A stretch of DNA of 61,055 nucleotides, the filler included. It is 7 parts of 7 records of this genome, joined end to end, with 100 filler letters (N's around TTAATTAATTAA, not from the genome) between each part and the next. Parts side by side here need not be neighbours in the genome. Positions count along the whole stretch, not along the records: positions 54,338 to 61,055 come from SRR31156797_44550; 6 more parts are not named here. One strand, given 5' to 3'. Positions within the stretch are counted from its first letter, which is position 1. Each line of letters starts with the position of its first letter. The notes beneath the pieces are model-generated. The model made no database searches and was not told where the DNA came from. It saw only the letters and a program-made list of their open reading frames with translations. The position numbers and the translations under genes are program-made. Below are positions 58,910 through 61,055 of this stretch, piece by piece.

Positions 58910-59565
58910 TGGAAGTGATTCTTTTGGAAAGGATCGAGCGCCTCGGGCAGATGGGCGAAGTCGTCAAGGTTAAGCCCGGGTACGCCCGCAACTTTTTGCT
59001 GCCGCAGAAAAAAGCGATGCGGGCAACCGAGGAAAATCGAAAGGTGTTCGAGGAACAGCGGGCTCAGCTTGAGACCGTTAACCTGGAGCGTCGTACCGAA
59101 GCCGAGACCGTCGCCGAAAAAATGGATGGCATTTCGGTCACCCTGATCCGGCAGGCCGGCGAAGCCGGGCAATTGTACGGTTCGGTGAGTGCCCGCGATA
59201 TCGCCGACGCCGCGACCGAAGCCGGCTTCACCGTCGAAAAACAGCAGGTCAAACTGGCGCCGCCGATCAAGAGCGTCGGCGTTCATGCCGTTCGTGTCGA
59301 TCTGCACCCGGAAGTGACGGTGACAGTCAAAGCCAATGTTGCCCGTTCCGCCGAGGAAGCCGAGATTCAGGCAACCACCGGCGAGGCCGTGGTCCATCGG
59401 GACGAAGAAGAGCGGCGGCCGATCGTGACCGAGCAACCGGCCGAAGAGGCCGCGCCCGTCGAGGCGGAAGCCGAAGCCACCGATGAAGCGGAAGCGGCGC
59501 CGGAAGAAGCTTCGAGCGAGGCCGAAGACACAGCCGATTCTTCGGACGAAGCCAAAACCGAATAG
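58909..59565 (+). CDS. rplI: 50S ribosomal protein L9 with acidic tail
   Basis: [26 protein letters not shown]. Confidence 0.97.
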   Translation: MEVILLERIERLGQMGEVVKVKPGYARNFLLPQKKAMRATEENRKVFEEQRAQLETVNLERRTEAETVAEKMDGISVTLIRQAGEAGQLYGSVSARDIADAATEAGFTVEKQQVKLAPPIKSVGVHAVRVDLHPEVTVTVKANVARSAEEAEIQATTGEAVVHRDEEERRPIVTEQPAEEAAPVEAEAEATDEAEAAPEEASSEAEDTADSSDEAKTE

Positions 59566-59755
59566 TCCGGCCCGCCGGCCGAACGATCCGAACAAGGGCG
59601 GTGTACCTTTAGAAAGGTGTGCCGCCCTTCGTTTGTTCTCGGCGGTCTTCCGCCAGCCCCCAACCTTGTGGTAAATTTAGTGCGGGTATTCCCGGGGAGG
59701 GAAAAGCCCAGCTTGACGGAATCGTCCTGGAGGCCATTGGTTTTTGGGGGGTTTA

Positions 59756-60997
59756 ATGCTGTTGGGTTGGTTGTTTCAAAACCTGGTGAAAGTCGGCAGC
59801 CTCAAGGTCATCGATGCCGATGGCGAGGTTCGCGTCTTTCAGGGGAAGCCCGGGCCCAAAGTGACGATCCGGCTGCACCGCCGATCGTTGAATTGGACCC
59901 TGGCGATAAATCCGTACCTTCGTCTCGGCGAGGCCTATATGGACGGCCTGCTGACGGTGGAGAACGGCCGGATCTACGATTTCCTGAAGCTTACGGGCAT
60001 CAATATGCCCAACATCCAAAAGCTGACGCTATTCGCCTTGTCCGAACGCGCCAGGCGCTGGCTCCGTCTGATCCACCAGTACAATCCGGTGCGCCGCGCG
60101 CGGCAAAACGTGTCTCATCATTACGACCTGTCGAGGCAGCTTTACGAACTGTTCCTCGATTCCGACCGCCAATATTCCTGTGCCTATTTCGCCAATGCCG
60201 ACGACGATCTGGAAACCGCCCAGAAGAACAAGAAAAACCAAATCGCCAAAAAGCTTCTGCTCAAGGACAACCAGCGGATCCTCGATATCGGATGCGGTTG
60301 GGGCGGCTTGGCCTTGTCACTGGCCGATCGCGCCGACATCGATGTCACCGGCATTACCCTGTCGACCGAACAGCTTGAAATCGCTCGCGACTGCGCCGAA
60401 CGCGAAGGGGTTTCCGACCGGGTCGAATTCGCATTGCGCGACTACCGCCAACTGGAAGGGAAGTTCGACCGCATCGTATCGGTCGGCATGTTCGAACATG
60501 TCGGCGTTCGGTATTACGAATCCTTCTTCTCGCGGATTCGGGATCTTCTGTACGACGACGGCGTCGCCCTTCTTCATACCATCGGCCGTTCGACCGGTCC
60601 CGGCGCGACCACCCCATGGATCCGCAAGTACATTTTCCCGGGCGGCTATATCCCCGCCCTGTCGGAAACGGTTGCGGCGATCGAGCGATCGGGTCTGGTC
60701 GTCACCGACGTCGAGATTCTCAGGCTGCACTACGCCGAGACCCTGCGCCATTGGCGGCAGCGGTTCCTGGCCAATTGGGACAAGGTGGCCGAGCTTTACG
60801 ACGAACGCTTCTGCCGCATGTGGGAGTTCTATCTGGCCGCCAGCGAAATCGCATTCCGCTACCTGGAATTGGTGGTGTTTCAAATCCAGATGGGCAAGAA
60901 GCAGGACGCGGCCCCCCTGACCCGCGACTATCTCTACGACGAACCGACGGCGTCGAAGGCCGAAAGTGGCAGACGAAGCGGCAGCCGCGCCGCCTGA
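59756..60997 (+). CDS. cfa: Cyclopropane-fatty-acyl-phospholipid synthase family methyltransferase
   Basis: HHYDL, QYSCAYF, LDIGCGWGG, SVGMFEHVG, YIFPGG, RMWEFYL. Confidence 0.94.
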   Translation: MLLGWLFQNLVKVGSLKVIDADGEVRVFQGKPGPKVTIRLHRRSLNWTLAINPYLRLGEAYMDGLLTVENGRIYDFLKLTGINMPNIQKLTLFALSERARRWLRLIHQYNPVRRARQNVSHHYDLSRQLYELFLDSDRQYSCAYFANADDDLETAQKNKKNQIAKKLLLKDNQRILDIGCGWGGLALSLADRADIDVTGITLSTEQLEIARDCAEREGVSDRVEFALRDYRQLEGKFDRIVSVGMFEHVGVRYYESFFSRIRDLLYDDGVALLHTIGRSTGPGATTPWIRKYIFPGGYIPALSETVAAIERSGLVVTDVEILRLHYAETLRHWRQRFLANWDKVAELYDERFCRMWEFYLAASEIAFRYLELVVFQIQMGKKQDAAPLTRDYLYDEPTASKAESGRRSGSRAA

Positions 60998-61055
60998 ACC
61001 GTTTTCCGATTTGATCGGGCGGTCGGATTGTCCACCGTTCATCCCCATATCCACA

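Noticed and set aside
54338..60997. fabF-acpP-fabG-fabD / rpsF-rpsR-DUF2232-rplI-cfa region
   Set aside because: Standard conserved alphaproteobacterial housekeeping arrangement.
1..61055. CRISPR array, rRNA, tRNA, integrase or transposase
   Set aside because: No regularly spaced direct repeats with unique spacers, no cloverleaf or rRNA-like stretch and no recombinase motifs seen by eye.

Overview
This is not one locus. It is seven unrelated metagenomic contigs joined by 100-nt spacers (44 N + TTAATTAATTAA + 44 N). Taxonomic calls are inferred from composition and gene style. (1) 1-9171, Desulfobacterales-like: ilvBN, then a sigma54-type operon of sensor kinase, response regulator, TauE/TSUP permease, membrane protein and a PEP-synthase-like phosphotransferase. 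(2) 9272-15307, AT-rich Gram-negative (FCB/Marinimicrobia-like): C26 lipoprotein, amidohydrolase, CPBP protease, DUF5020 porin and NFACT/RqcH, with many REP-like palindromes. (3) 15408-28342, Methanosarcinaceae archaeon: OYE flavoenzyme, Msr-type regulator, a candidate ~200-nt sRNA, RamA-family activase, an MsmS/RdmS-like sensor lacking the H-box, and a GbsR-S-layer-ABC operon. (4) 28443-37236, Alphaproteobacterium: T1SS, BASS symporter, DJ-1/PfpI and TTT transporter. (5) 37337-48689, spirochaete: tex, nucleoside ABC transporter, sdaA-deoC-deoB-UroD-like. (6) 48790-54237, spirochaete: mini diacid chemoreceptor-FadR-MBL-GntP with twin operators, and a structured leader before an ABC binding protein. 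(7) 54338-61055, Alphaproteobacterium: fab genes, rpsF-rpsR-rplI and cfa. I found no CRISPR array, rRNA, tRNA or transposase. Best leads: the archaeal regulator/sRNA/activase/atypical-kinase cluster, the TauE + PEP-synthase-like operon, the minimal soluble chemoreceptor regulon, and a pseudoknot-capable leader RNA. All family calls come from recognising motifs by eye, not from database searches.
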